DNA of 64,000 nt, taken from Ascidiella aspersa. Taxonomy: Eukaryota. Each line of letters opens with the position of its first letter. The first letter of the stretch is position 1. The notes beneath the pieces are model-generated. The model worked only from the letters and a program-made list of their open reading frames with translations. It did not search any database and was not told where the DNA came from. Positions 12,801 through 23,853 of this stretch are shown piece after piece. The DNA lies in contig OZ004607.1 of the NCBI GenBank assembly GCA_963924565.1, forward strand, positions 10,354,001-10,418,000, read 5' to 3'. The translations under genes were made by a program, and so were the position numbers.

Positions 12801-14976
12801 ATCCTCTAAAGAATACAGTGCCAATAGTATCAATATTTTGTTTTAACACATATTGGCATTGTCGTACTTAGATGAATATAGAGGCTGACAACAAATGTAA
12901 ACCCTTGGAAAGCCTAAAAGCCGCAGTCTGAAAAAGGTAGCCTATTTACGTTATAGCGTTTATTTTTTCGCAGTTAAAAAAGTTGATTAGGTGCATATAG
13001 TGAAAATAACGCGTTCGTATTTCGTCTGTTTAGTTTTGGAGAGAAAACCGTAAAAGGCATTTCTACTAAATTGAAAGCAAATAATCTAGAATTTGTAAAC
13101 TGTAATTCGCAGTGTTTTCTTAAGCATTTGCGTAAAGAGTGTTTCCTTTCACAGATGACCCGGCGTTTCTTTCTTCAACTTACCGTGCCGAGAACATGTG
13201 CTGGATCAAGGGATACTCCCTCTACTTTGGATTTCTCCTCATCATTGGACTGATCTTGCTCCACAACCTTGGGGTGCTTGTGCTCGTAATGAGGGAGATT
13301 TCTTGCAAGAGAAAGGCGGTAGGATGTTCTTTTTTGTTAGATTTGGGACTGCCGAGAATAGGTGCTTATGGGAATTTGCCGTAACCAAACTAAATACTCG
13401 GAACAACCTTCTTAACCAAAGGGTCAATAGAGTAGGTTTACAACTGGGCCATGGACCTAGTGGGAAAATCTGTTTTACTTCTATAACTATATATCTCTAC
13501 CTTGCACAAACTGCAATTTTTGTCGCCTAACTCCGTTTTGTTTTTTACATTATACAGGACTTCAGGCTCACGTAACGTGAACTTTTTCAGTGACATATCT
13601 GTTTTGACTTTTTTGTTTAGTTTACGTGACACTGACAGTAATTGTTATTGTTGTAAACCTGTCTAATATTTGTTGTTTTACGCGGCTAGCGAGATACAAT
13701 ATTAACCTAATAAAAATTCGATGGTTGTTTTACAGTTCCATTTATACATTTTTGTGGTGATTTAAAATTTAGCTACAGAAATGTTTACACGCTTTTCTAT
13801 AACCACTGGGTTGGCGTAATATTCGTAAATACAATGTAAACTTTTCTGGAACAGGTCTGGTTTAATCACAAGTGCTTATTGCAACGTTGGTTCCTATCTA
13901 ATTGAGATTTTTTACATTCAGTTGTTCAGTTTTGTTTAATTCATTCGCAAGTTCGGGCCTCCTGAAAATTTTATTGTGACTTACCTTATCCAATTGAGGT
14001 GTTGCCGGCACCTTAGCGGAATAAAGTTGGATCACACTTTCAGCACGAGTTTTGACACGAGTTTAAGGTTGTCAAAGATTGTCGTTACACAACTGTATAA
14101 AAACGATTACTGCTGTTTCTCGTGCAAAATGCAAATTCTGTTTCGACCTATTTAATGCATCTTAAACTAGATGAAAAAAACACAATGTAAACAAATAGAC
14201 AGGAATGCAATTAAGATCGACTTACACAAATTCCATCTAATAGTCGGCGATCAGGTTAAGAAACACTCTAAAGAAAAATCCTAAATAGTTCAAAATTCAT
14301 GTTGAGCCCTTGGAAAACTAAATTGTATTTCTGACAGATTCAGTCGACTGCTTCCAAGGAAAATCGTGGCAAAAACGTTGTTAGAGCTGTAACTTTGTCC
14401 TTTACGCTTGGAATAACTTGGATATTTGGATTTTTGATGCTCTTGTCAACCGACCCAATTTATAATCTCATACTAAGCTGGATATTTTCCATTTTTAATG
14501 CATTCCAGGTTAGTTATCATTGAGTATTCTCTTTGGGGAATGTCACATACCTTAACCAGAGATACTCTAAATTTATTGGAATGAAGCTTCAATTTAAATT
14601 GCAGTTTCCTTTACCCACAGCTTTATAATTAAATGTGTCCGACATTAAATTATTTTTATGTAAGATAAATCTAGAAAATGGAATATTAAATTAAATATAT
14701 CACGTTTTTTACTTTGTTTGTCAGGGTATATTCGTCTTTTACATTCTTTGTGTGAAACGCAAGGACATGTTCGACTTTTGGTGGCAACCTGTCACAAGCT
14801 GCTTTCGCCGAGCAATCCAAACCGTAGGTCTTAGCTTTCGTTCATCCGACATCACTACAGCTACCCACTACTCATCCAGTCAACCAAACCCTGGTAGTTC
14901 AACAGCCATCACAGTGTCAGAAAAGCTTTACCCAAGCGAATCTGTCAACGAAAATGCTTCAACTTCTCGTATGTAA
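106..14976 (+). CDS. Adhesion GPCR (class B2), 5'-partial: >=7 Sushi/CCP + EGF-Ca + SEA-like + HormR-like + GAIN/GPS + 7TM; 23 exons visible, ~1260 aa
   Basis: Frame-consistent GT-AG exons: 106-288, 1193-1369, 2222-2410, 3329-3505, 4088-4264, 4386-4568, 4946-5125 (Sushi, C..TC..GY/F..C...W/Y...C); 5471-5596 (DIDEC EGF-Ca); 6249-6414, 7024-7136, 7423-7512 (FCRGQVYNGFHFPATAVG..CP), 8120-8250, 8907-9065, 9531-9737, 10115-10333, 10731-10850; 11086-11223 (GPS CAYWDF..W..DGC..CKCNHLTNFALLV); 7TM 11412-11521, 11748-11955, 12381-12525, 13155-13318 (CWI), 14338-14508 (LGITW, FNAFQ), 14725-14976 (stop). The start lies upstream of the window. The SEA-like and HormR-like labels are tentative. Confidence 0.93.
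5922..6205. mobile_element. Truncated hAT-like MITE, same family as 38205-38543
   Basis: Begins CAGGGGTTCTTGAACTGGGG. The body (gcaccgaatgtatttagactccattt, gtctattt, tgtgacg, taccgtg) aligns with the element at 38205. No right TIR is seen. Confidence 0.6.
7202..7311. repeat. Short imperfect tandem repeat (x3) ggctaata...tgccatttaaagacat
   Basis: Three copies visible in the GPCR intron. Confidence 0.75.
7842..7902. repeat. ~33-bp tandem duplication gcattattaatttagatt(t/c)aaattattt
   Basis: Two adjacent copies. Confidence 0.75.
9817..9847. repeat. (TA)n microsatellite
   Basis: Direct reading, ~15 TA units. Confidence 0.95.
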
Positions 14977-16049
14977 AAGATCCAAACACTAACTGCTTTA
15001 CTATATTATATTGACACTGTAAAATGGTGTTTTTGTTGCTGAATTTTCCTTGTTTTTATAGATGCAGTAAAACGATAAATGATTTTAAGTATAATGATGT
15101 CACGAATCCCTTTCAACTAATAGCTTTCGTAGTGTGGTTCCTTTTAATTCATGTCTTTAAAAAATATTTCTAAATTTTCCATTCCAAAAAGTCGTTTAGC
15201 CTTACAGCACATGTTATTTCTAAAGACTCGTTTTTTACTACTAAAATATTCGTAGTGCCGAGTACTGTTTTTTCGACTCGCCACTCGTATTAATTTTCGT
15301 ATTGCCCATCTTCACAGTCTATTCGTTACTCGTTCAGATCCTAACTGAGAGAACATTTTCCACAAACTTGACACGTTTAGGTTTTTTTTCGGTATAAGTT
15401 CTTTTGTTAATGTTCAATATGATAATGGATCCAAATAGTTTTCCCCCGACCTTACATAAATTATTTTTAAGTGAAACTTTGACAAATTTACATTAAAAAG
15501 GTAACGCTTTTTGAACAACATTCGCTGGTGTGACATTGGAATTTGTGTTTTGTTGGATTTTGTGTTTGTTGATAGATTTCAACCTTTCTTTTGCTCCTAA
15601 TTTCGTTAACGTAAGTTACTTTGGCCTTTACAAATCGATTCATTACTTGAAGGCTGATGTTCGTTTAACAACCAATCTTTTTTAACCAAATGTTTAGTAT
15701 TGAAAATAAGTAAATAACAAGCCTTTTCTTTGTCGCTAAGGGCTATTGCTAGAAAATACCGCATCTCTTTTGTCAAAAAACAATAAAAAAACAAACAAAA
15801 AACAATAAATTAAAAAGTAAAAACAGGTTTATTTTTATTAATTTACAATATATTAAAACATTTTAACTCCTGTCTTTTATACTAAAAACAAGCAATAAAT
15901 CAGATAACCTTAATAAATGTATTTACGAAATAAATTGTCATACTTGTTTTAGCTAATAATATTATCCATGATATGTTCATTAGCGTTTAATTTAAGAATC
16001 AAACTTTCACATATATATTTACATTTCTTCATTATACAAGGTGTATTAG

Positions 16050-17009
16050 TTAAGTTGCATTAAATTTCCCACAATGTTTGTACCCAATCGTGATTTCCTT
16101 CATGAAAGTAAGGTCTTTCGCCAGTGTGAGTTCGTTCATGAATTATAAGATGTCTTGCCCGACTTAAAACTTTTCCGTAGACTTTGCATGGGTTATTGTT
16201 TATCTAGTGTGATTTTGTTCATGAAGTTTAAGATTTCCTCCACCGCTAAAGCATTTTTCACAAACTTTGCATCTGTATTTTTTTTCGGCAATGTGGGTTC
16301 GTCTATGCATTTTTACATGTCCTTTCTGACTAAATTGTTTTCCACGTGTATTTTAAGATGTGCTACCTGACTGAAACATTTTTCACATTTCTTGCATTTG
16401 AAAGGTTTAACTCCGATGTGAGTTTTTTTTTATCTTTGTTAAGACTTTTACGATTGGCGAAGCATTTCGCACAAGCTTTGCATTTAAAAGGTTTTTCTCC
16501 GGTATGACATTTTTCACGCGTTTTAAGATTTCCTACCTGGCTAAAAAATGTTCCACATTTCTTGCACTCATAACATAAGGTTTTTCCCCAATGTGATTTC
16601 TTGTGTGATAAGTGACATTGTTAATTGCTCCAAACCGTTTCCGGCAAAACTTGCATTCGTGTTTTTGGATTTTAAAGTGTACACATGTTTATTGAGCAGG
16701 CGACGGCCTTTAAAACACTTTTCGCAAATTTGGCATCGAAACTCAAAGCTTTTTCGTTTCTGACTAACTTTTCCATTTTTGTTATAAGTTTGTAAAGTTA
16801 ATTTTTCCTTTTTGAAGTTGTTTGGCTTTCGTTCTCCATCTGAGTTTCACTTTGATCCGGTTCAGTTTTTCTTCACAATGGAACTCTCCAACGGGTTGAT
16901 GTTCTTGTGATGAGAATTCCTTTGTCTTGGCAACAGAACTTCTGGAAAATGTACCATGGGCCTGTGTTTTTAGATCTATTAGTTTAAGGCGGAGTTGGTA
17001 GTTTGACAT
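16050..17009 (-). pseudogene. Decayed Kruppel-type C2H2 zinc-finger gene (~8 fingers)
   Basis: The minus strand reads FRCQICEKCFKGRRLLNKH / HECKFCRKRF..HTRNHIGEKPY / CKKCGTFFSQVGNLKTREKCHTGEKPFKCKACAKCF / HIGVKPFKCKKCEKCFSQVAHLKIH / HIAEKKYRCKVCEKCFSGGGNLKLHEQNHT* / HERTHTGERPY. It is broken by several frameshifts (e.g. a 4-nt duplication at ~16572, an A-run expansion at ~16425), a stop, and lost His/Cys residues. The ATG at 17009 is preceded by a TTTTTCAG acceptor. Confidence 0.88.
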
Positions 17010-18034
17010 ACTGTTACTCCTGAAAAACAGATATTAACTTTTGTAATACAGCATTTCAATCAAAACATCGGCGAACAACGAAGGTCGGACAGATAAGCTC
17101 CACACATCGAATTGCCATTCACTAACGGTTTTATTTTGTAACCGCGATTCTGTTTAACACAAACCACATTTTCCCGGTTTGTTGCCAACTTAAAAGTTCT
17201 CCAGTGCACCTTATGTACACGAGTTACTTTACTATGCAGCTAACAAAAATACTGTTCATCATGGTGTAGCGGACGACCATTTGAGCATTTTATTCAGGTC
17301 GTGTTTTTTATTGCAGTATATTGTGAAGCGAAAAACTCTTCGCATGTTTGTTCTCCAAAAAAAAGTATGAACTTATTTCAAGGAATGAATTCATTTCAAC
17401 CAGAACTTAGAAATGAAATTATTTCAACCATAAAATCTATAATTGCTTGAATACATAATGACAAATAACCTGTTTCCTATAGCCACACAAAATTACAAAA
17501 GGCTGACAGAAATACAAGAACAAAAAATTCGTTACATAGCTTGGGCATACTGGAACTCGGCATTGACAAACTGCAAAAAATCAAATCAGCCACATTGAGA
17601 AAGCTTTGTTCTTCGACGTCTTATACGTACTCCAATTCCTTTGAAAAATGGCTCTTTTTGGAGCCAACTTTTTCACAATTCAGTGCATAATAAAATAATC
17701 CACAATGAACGTATTTTGGTACACTGTCTTGCGGAAAAAAATGAGGGGAACAGGCCTTTTTTTCAGTCCACGAGTGCAAAAATAACTTTTTACAACATTA
17801 GTAATGGTGTATACAATTTTAATCACATTTTTATTGGGTTGAAAATCGTTTTTACTCTTATCGAAACATCACATGATTCATCAGTGAATAAAGAAGAAGA
17901 ACTATGAATCTACGTTTTTAAAAGCATGTTATTCATAAAAAGCTGTTGGAACTATAGTCATTTGTCCAATAGACTCAAATCAAGTCATTTGAAAACCGTG
18001 ACTTAAATGCATTGACTTAAGTCGTTTGAACCTA

Positions 18035-18900
18035 AATTGCAACGCTCGCAATCCAATTCGTCGCTATTGTCGTGACAGTTTTTCAGCCATAGTCCACATT
18101 TGTACCACTCACACACCCTCTGTCATCAGCGCATTTGTGGGGTCGGTTTTTGTCGCGTGTTTGTGCACAGTTCAACTCGTCGTTGTTGTCTTTGCAGTCC
18201 TGCCGTTCGTCGCAAACCTTGCTTTGATGAATAAATTGATCTCGATTTTACACCTTCAAGGCCCCGCTTCGACACAATTTTCGCAGGTCAATTCATCGCT
18301 GTTGTCGTCGCTAACATCCCTCAGACAGATACAACTAGTTCCAGTAAATTTTCGACAAAAGTGCAAGTGGCATAATGCGACAAGTCGCTATTGTCGTCCC
18401 AATCTTCCATTCTGTCGTAAACATCACTCAAACGACAACATTCAGTTACAGTTTTACACTTAAAAGGCCGATCTTTGGGGGCAATTTGCGCAGTTTAATT
18501 GGTCACTTTTGACGTCGCATTCGCATTGAACTGATGCTTTATTACACCTAGTTCCACACAAGCATCTCGTACATCGGTAGCCTATTGGGAGCACTTATAG
18601 TCATGCAAGTAGACTCGTTCATCGCTGTTGTCTTTGTAATCCATTTTAACATTAGAAACAGAACTCTTTGCAATACAATTGCTGGCATCATTGCATCTCC
18701 GCTTATTATGTAGACATGATATGATTCTTTTAAAACCAAGGGCGCCACCCAGGAGACCAGTAAACAACTAAAAGTATTACCGGCTTCATCGCATATGGCT
18801 GTGATTTGTATACAAAAAAGATTAACGAAATATGGTGCTGAAATTGAGAACCATAATGAATTACCCAGTTTCAGCAACGCGTCACAAGGTACGTAACCAG
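18035..18900 (-). pseudogene. Decayed intronless LDL-receptor class A (LDLa) repeat array (~6 repeats)
   Basis: Minus-strand fragments: RCNDASNCIAKSSVSNVKMDYKDNSDE, CANCPKDRPFKC, VYDRMEDWDDNSD, DDNSDELTCENC..P*RC, KVCDERQDCKDNNDELNC, NCHDNSDELDCERC. There are frameshifts, stops and Cys->Tyr/Trp changes. Confidence 0.8.
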
Positions 18901-19450
18901 TGTCCACTGGCGTGTGACCAACACCCGAACCGACCGTTATCGGCCTTTCGACTCGTGATTCATCCTACTTTATGATATTCGATTGCTTTAGTTACCGTTT
19001 TAGTTTATCGTGTGTACTGATATTTGTGAATATACTCAACCAGGAATATCAACTGAGTAAAGTGACTCTGTCTAGAATTTAAGTTAAGGACAGACATATT
19101 AGCGGCCTGCTTCTAGAAGTCAGGTGTGAAAAAGAACGTATAAGAGACTTAGAAAAACGTTGGCTTTCGCCTTAAGAGCCAGCGACTACTTGCTTGTAGC
19201 AACCACACCCCTCATGAACGCTAGGCATTGTACATTTAATTTTTAGAACATCTGCAAATCTAGATTTTTCCCTGGTCCACTTGCTTTTATAATTTCGCTA
19301 CAGCGAAAAGTGGTGTATTGCTGAATTTAAGTTGGATCTTGACGGAATTATTGAATAACGCGGTGACTATTTAAACTTGGCCGTAATGTTTCCGGTTAAT
19401 CGTTAAAAAAAGCACATTCAACTTATAAAAAAATATGAATTGTGGTTTTG

Positions 19451-19653
19451 GGCGCTGGTCTAGAATCCTACCACAACGAAACACCATTTGGGTTAGGGTG
19501 CGGGTTAGTGTTTGGGTTAAGGTGGGTCAAGCATTATTATTAAACAAAGCATATAATATTACTTGACCCACCCACACCCAAACGCTAACCCGCACCCTAA
19601 CTAAAATTTTGTGCGTTGATTTTAGAACTGTGGTAGGATTCTAGACCAGCGCC
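19451..19653. mobile_element. Palindromic (foldback) MITE, 203 bp, perfect 8-bp TSD
   Basis: 25-bp perfect TIR GGCGCTGGTCTAGAATCCTACCACA / TGTGGTAGGATTCTAGACCAGCGCC, plus inner inverted arms. TSD TGGTTTTG at 19443-19450 and 19654-19661. Confidence 0.92.
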
Positions 19654-20504
19654 TGGTTTTGCCCCGCAGGTTTGCACAAAACCTATTTTCATGCCTTAAA
19701 ATTTCGTGCTGCGCGCACCTGAGATCTCGGCGTGATTTGCAATTAAATGCAGTCCGGCTTGCGAGTATTGAATTGAGTCATAAATAAATGGGATGCCTAT
19801 TCGTATATTCAAGAAAGTTTAAAATACTTAATATTTTTGGGAATTTATGAATAATAAAACTTTTACAGACAGGAATGATGCAGTTGCTCAGTCAGCCATA
19901 GCCATGCATTTCATGAAAAATAGCCATAAATTATGGTCATGAAGATTTCCTCAATTGTGCTAATTTTTAGATATGAAAATGTTAGAAATAACATTATTAC
20001 AGCTGCACAAATCTTACTAAAATACTGCTCGGTGCAATTTTAAGCTGCAAAATCGTCTTCCCCGTGCAATATCAAAGGTTACCAATTTCGGACGTTCACA
20101 TAAATTTCTTAAAAACTTGTGTATGCAAGCTAAGACACCACTTTGGATTTTAGTATAATATTTCATTTTCAGTTGTGTAACTTTTACAAATAACGTTATT
20201 AAAGCTGCGAAAATTATGGTGGTAATGTTATAATTGTTTAGTTGAAATAAGCTGCAAAATCGTCTATCTAACGCAAAGTCCAAAGTTTTCAATCTGGCCA
20301 ATGCAGATAAAATCTATGCCCTTTTATAATAAATGCTGTGATTTTTTTTCATTTGTATTACATTGTCATTTACTTCATAAGTTATACAGTGGACCAGGCT
20401 GAAAAAAAGTTAAATTGTGAGAATAAACTAAATCTTTTTGGGATGATACAGATTTTTGGTAAGACTTTAATAAAAATTCTATTTATTTTGACAGTTGAGC
20501 AAAA

Positions 20505-23500
20505 ATGAGCATAGGGGCAGATATCAGTCAAAGTATTCAGCAAGCCATTAAGGCCAAGCTGATTGAACTGAGCTCCTATGTTGATGATGAGCTGCCTGAT
20601 TACATTATGATCATGATTGCAAACCGCAAAAAAGAGGAGCAGATGACAGAATCGCTCTCACTGTTTCTCGGCAACAACACCAAAGTCTTCACGAAATGGC
20701 TGTACGAGCTGCTTGCCACTTTGCGAGGCAAAAAAGACGATTCTGCGCCCAAGTCATCCAGTTCTACCTCTACTACAAAGCAAGTTGATAAAAAAGAGAA
20801 GCCTACCGCTGTTGCTTCAATTACGCCTGTCAACGAAGAAAGCAACCACTTGGAAATTAAAAAGGAGTTAGAGGTCCCTTCAAAAGTGGAAGCTCAACCA
20901 ACAGCAATCAGTTCTGCCCCAGCTGAAGCTGAGATAGAAATACTGCCAGACAGCGGAGATGTTTTGGACTTGGAGTTGTATGGCTCTAATGAAATGTCAG
21001 CTAATGACTCAATGCTAGCTGAAGGCCCCCCTGAAGCAACACAGGCTTCTAGTTTGTCTAAGGAAACCATCTCTTCTAAAACTTCCAACAAGCGCACAAA
21101 CAATTCAAAATCAAACTCTGAAAATAAAGAAAAGGTGGTTACCAAACGGAAAATACAAATTGTTGCCACCGGAAGTAAATCAAAACCAAAGACGTCTGCT
21201 GATAAAGACGCGAAAAGTTTTAAAGTGGAAAAGGAAAAAGAAAAGATAACGTACAAATCTTCATCCTCCAACAGTCGAAATTTGGAATCTGTAAAATCTT
21301 CCTCAAAGCATGACGATAAACAGAAGGGATCATCGGGCAGAGAAAAAACCAAAAAACTGAAACGCTCAAGATCATCAAAAGATGATTCTCTGAAGCGAAA
21401 GCACTCATCCAAGCAGACCCGAGAGTGGGATATGGTTAAAGAAAGCAAAGGCTCCTGGAAAGAGAGTGATAATTATGAAGCACAGTCAAAGAGACAATCA
21501 AGCCAGCAGCCGAGATACAATAAGAACGACAAACAAGAGGATGATGATGACGAACCTGTTGTAAGAAAAATTGCGAGCACCGTACAATCTTCAGTTTCAA
21601 CCAACCGAGAATACATTAGTGAAAGTGAAGAAGAAAACTTTAGTTCCAGCGCTGTCATCAGCAAGGTTTCTGTCCCGGAGAGACGTTCGCGTTTGCCTCC
21701 AACAAAACAGGCCAATAAGTCGCTGCTTTTAAGAGCTGTTTCCGAGGCCCAGACAAGCATGAAACGTCACAAAAAATCAAAAGATAAATCGCAAAAGGAC
21801 ACTGTAAAATCAGTGAAGTCAAGACTGGGAAAACCTAAAGATCGCTCCCCTGAAATCACTAAACCCAAAAAGAGTAAACAAAATTTCGAGGAAGACTTTG
21901 AAATTCAAATAGAGCAGCCAATAAAACGAACACTTAAACGAAAAAACATTGACAGTTCAGTTGTGATAAAAAAAACTAAATCTCTCTCAAAACATCCCCC
22001 AAGCGATGATTCACATGACGACAAAACAGTGCAATACAAGAAAACAAAACAAGTCAAAAGTTTAAAATCTGATTTGGAGCCGGTTTCTTCTACTGTTGAA
22101 GATAACAATTTATACACTGGAGACAGAAGGCGCTTTGTTTCAAGAAGTTCTTTGTCGGATGATGCTGAAGATAGTAGGAAACAAATCAGCGTTGTGCGAA
22201 ATGCATCTGAGGTTATGGACGACTCTTCGGTGCAATTTGACCGCAGAAATTTGCATGTAACAAAGAGTGCAGAGCCTTCTCCTAACGCTTCTGTGCAATC
22301 TTCTGATTCGGAACCAGTGGCACCTCCAAGAAAACGACAATCCGTCAAGAAACAGGGTAAAAGCACGAAAAGACGATCACCCAGCCCTTGTTTTATCGTT
22401 ACCCTGGACGGAACGTCTTCCAAATCAAAAAACGAAAATCAGAAACCTGATTCCCCGTCAAAAGTCGAGCAACCACAAAAGAAACCGTTCAAGGCTGTTC
22501 CAATTGTGGCTCCAAGTAGTGCTTCATCTGCAACAATAAAAGGTCAAAAAACGAATTCTGTTAAACCACTTACGATTAAAAAGGACAGTATTGAAACCAG
22601 TGATGATGAACTGACTATTATGCGCGAAAAACTTTTGAAAATGCAAGAAGAAGCAAGAAAATTAAAGACATTACAACAAGAGCAGCTAAACATTTTAAAG
22701 CAAAACCCCGCTGCTTCAAAAACTGCAGCGAAACCGGAAACTAACAGGTCAATTCATGTTGCCAATGTTCATTTTTCAGCCACCGAAAAAAAACTTTCTG
22801 AATATTTTGGCATATGTGGAAAAGTGCTAAGGCTGACCATCTTGAAAGATCAATTTACTGGTCATCCTAAAGGGTAAGAATAAAAATTTTGTGCAATACA
22901 GCAAACTATTTTATTCAACAATACACAGGGATTTTTTGGGCTTCAGGCTTAGTTTTAATTTTTACATCATGTGTTTCTGAACTTGTTCTATTATAAAATT
23001 GTAAAATATTTTTCAAAAACCTAATGCTGTTTTGCAGTAGTTTGCCATTTTGAAGGGAATAAAAACGAATACTAATTTAAAAAATTTAAAAAGCAACACT
23101 ATGTATAATAACATTTTAGTTTATAGACCTATATTTATTAAACTTTTGTATTTCATGTTAACTTGGCATGATGCCAAACAAAAACTTTTTTGGTCAAAAA
23201 AATAGAAATTTTGCTAGTTTCTCTGGAGCAATTATGCCATTTATAAAGAAAATATCTGCCAAAATTTGCTGATACTGATACATCAGTAGAAGCTAAATAT
23301 CCACCAGTTTTAAGGATAAACCGATATCTCTACATAATACTATAGCAATATTAAAGTATAGTTTAATTTAGTATAAGCCATATCTATGCTTTTGCAATTT
23401 TCTTAAATTTTAGATTAAAAGCTGCCAAACCAAATCATCGCCGACCCAATTTTGGTTAAGAAACACTAACTTAAATTAATGTGCTGGTTCCTAAAAGATA

Positions 23501-23853
23501 TGTTATTATTGAAATAAAAACAGTAGTACAGCACATTAAACCAAGATATTATTGTTATTACCAGCTTTGCATATCTGGAGTTTGAAGAGCAAAGTTCTGT
23601 GGAAACTGCCCTGGCACTTGACAACACAATGTTTTGCAGTCGCCTGATAAAAGTGACTCGCAAGAGCAGTGCCCCGTCCACCCCCGTCAAGCTTGCCCCA
23701 ACCCGTTTTGTGGCAAGGAGACCCAGAAGCTTTGGAGTCCACCCAAGAGCAAGATATAGTGCCAGGGCCGCATTGGCCACTTTTCGGCCTCGATATCCTG
23801 CAACCCGTGGACGAAATAAGACCTGGGTCAAACCTGGGTTTGTTGCCACATAA
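20505..23853 (+). CDS. ZC3H14/Nab2-like PWI protein with C-terminal PABPN1-like coiled coil + RRM (no CCCH fingers seen); 885 aa, 2 coding exons
   Basis: Exons 20505-22873 and 23565-23853, with a phase-2 intron inside GHPKG|FAYLEF. The N-terminus MSIGADISQSIQQAIKAKLIELSSYVDDELPDYIMIMIANRK..LSLFLGNNT..FTKWL matches the ZC3H14 PWI-like domain. Internal PERR..LPPTKQANKSLLLRAVSEAQ and FIVTLDG are ZC3H14 motifs. ELTIMREKLLKMQEEARKLKTLQ followed by RSIHVANVHF..TILKDQFTGHPKGFAYLEF..ALALD..F.SRLIKV matches the PABPN1 coiled coil and RRM. Confidence 0.92.

Noticed and set aside
17500-17800. Cys-containing minus-strand fragment (CQCRVPVCP) suggestive of a transposase tail or a stray exon
   Set aside because: Too short and interrupted to support any assignment.
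18026-18463. 145-aa hydrophobic plus-strand ORF
   Set aside because: Antisense of the LDLa pseudogene.
20600-22423. Long minus-strand ORFs (20894-21448, 21905-22423 etc.)
   Set aside because: Antisense shadows of the Lys/Ser-rich exon of the PWI-RRM gene, with no independent motifs.
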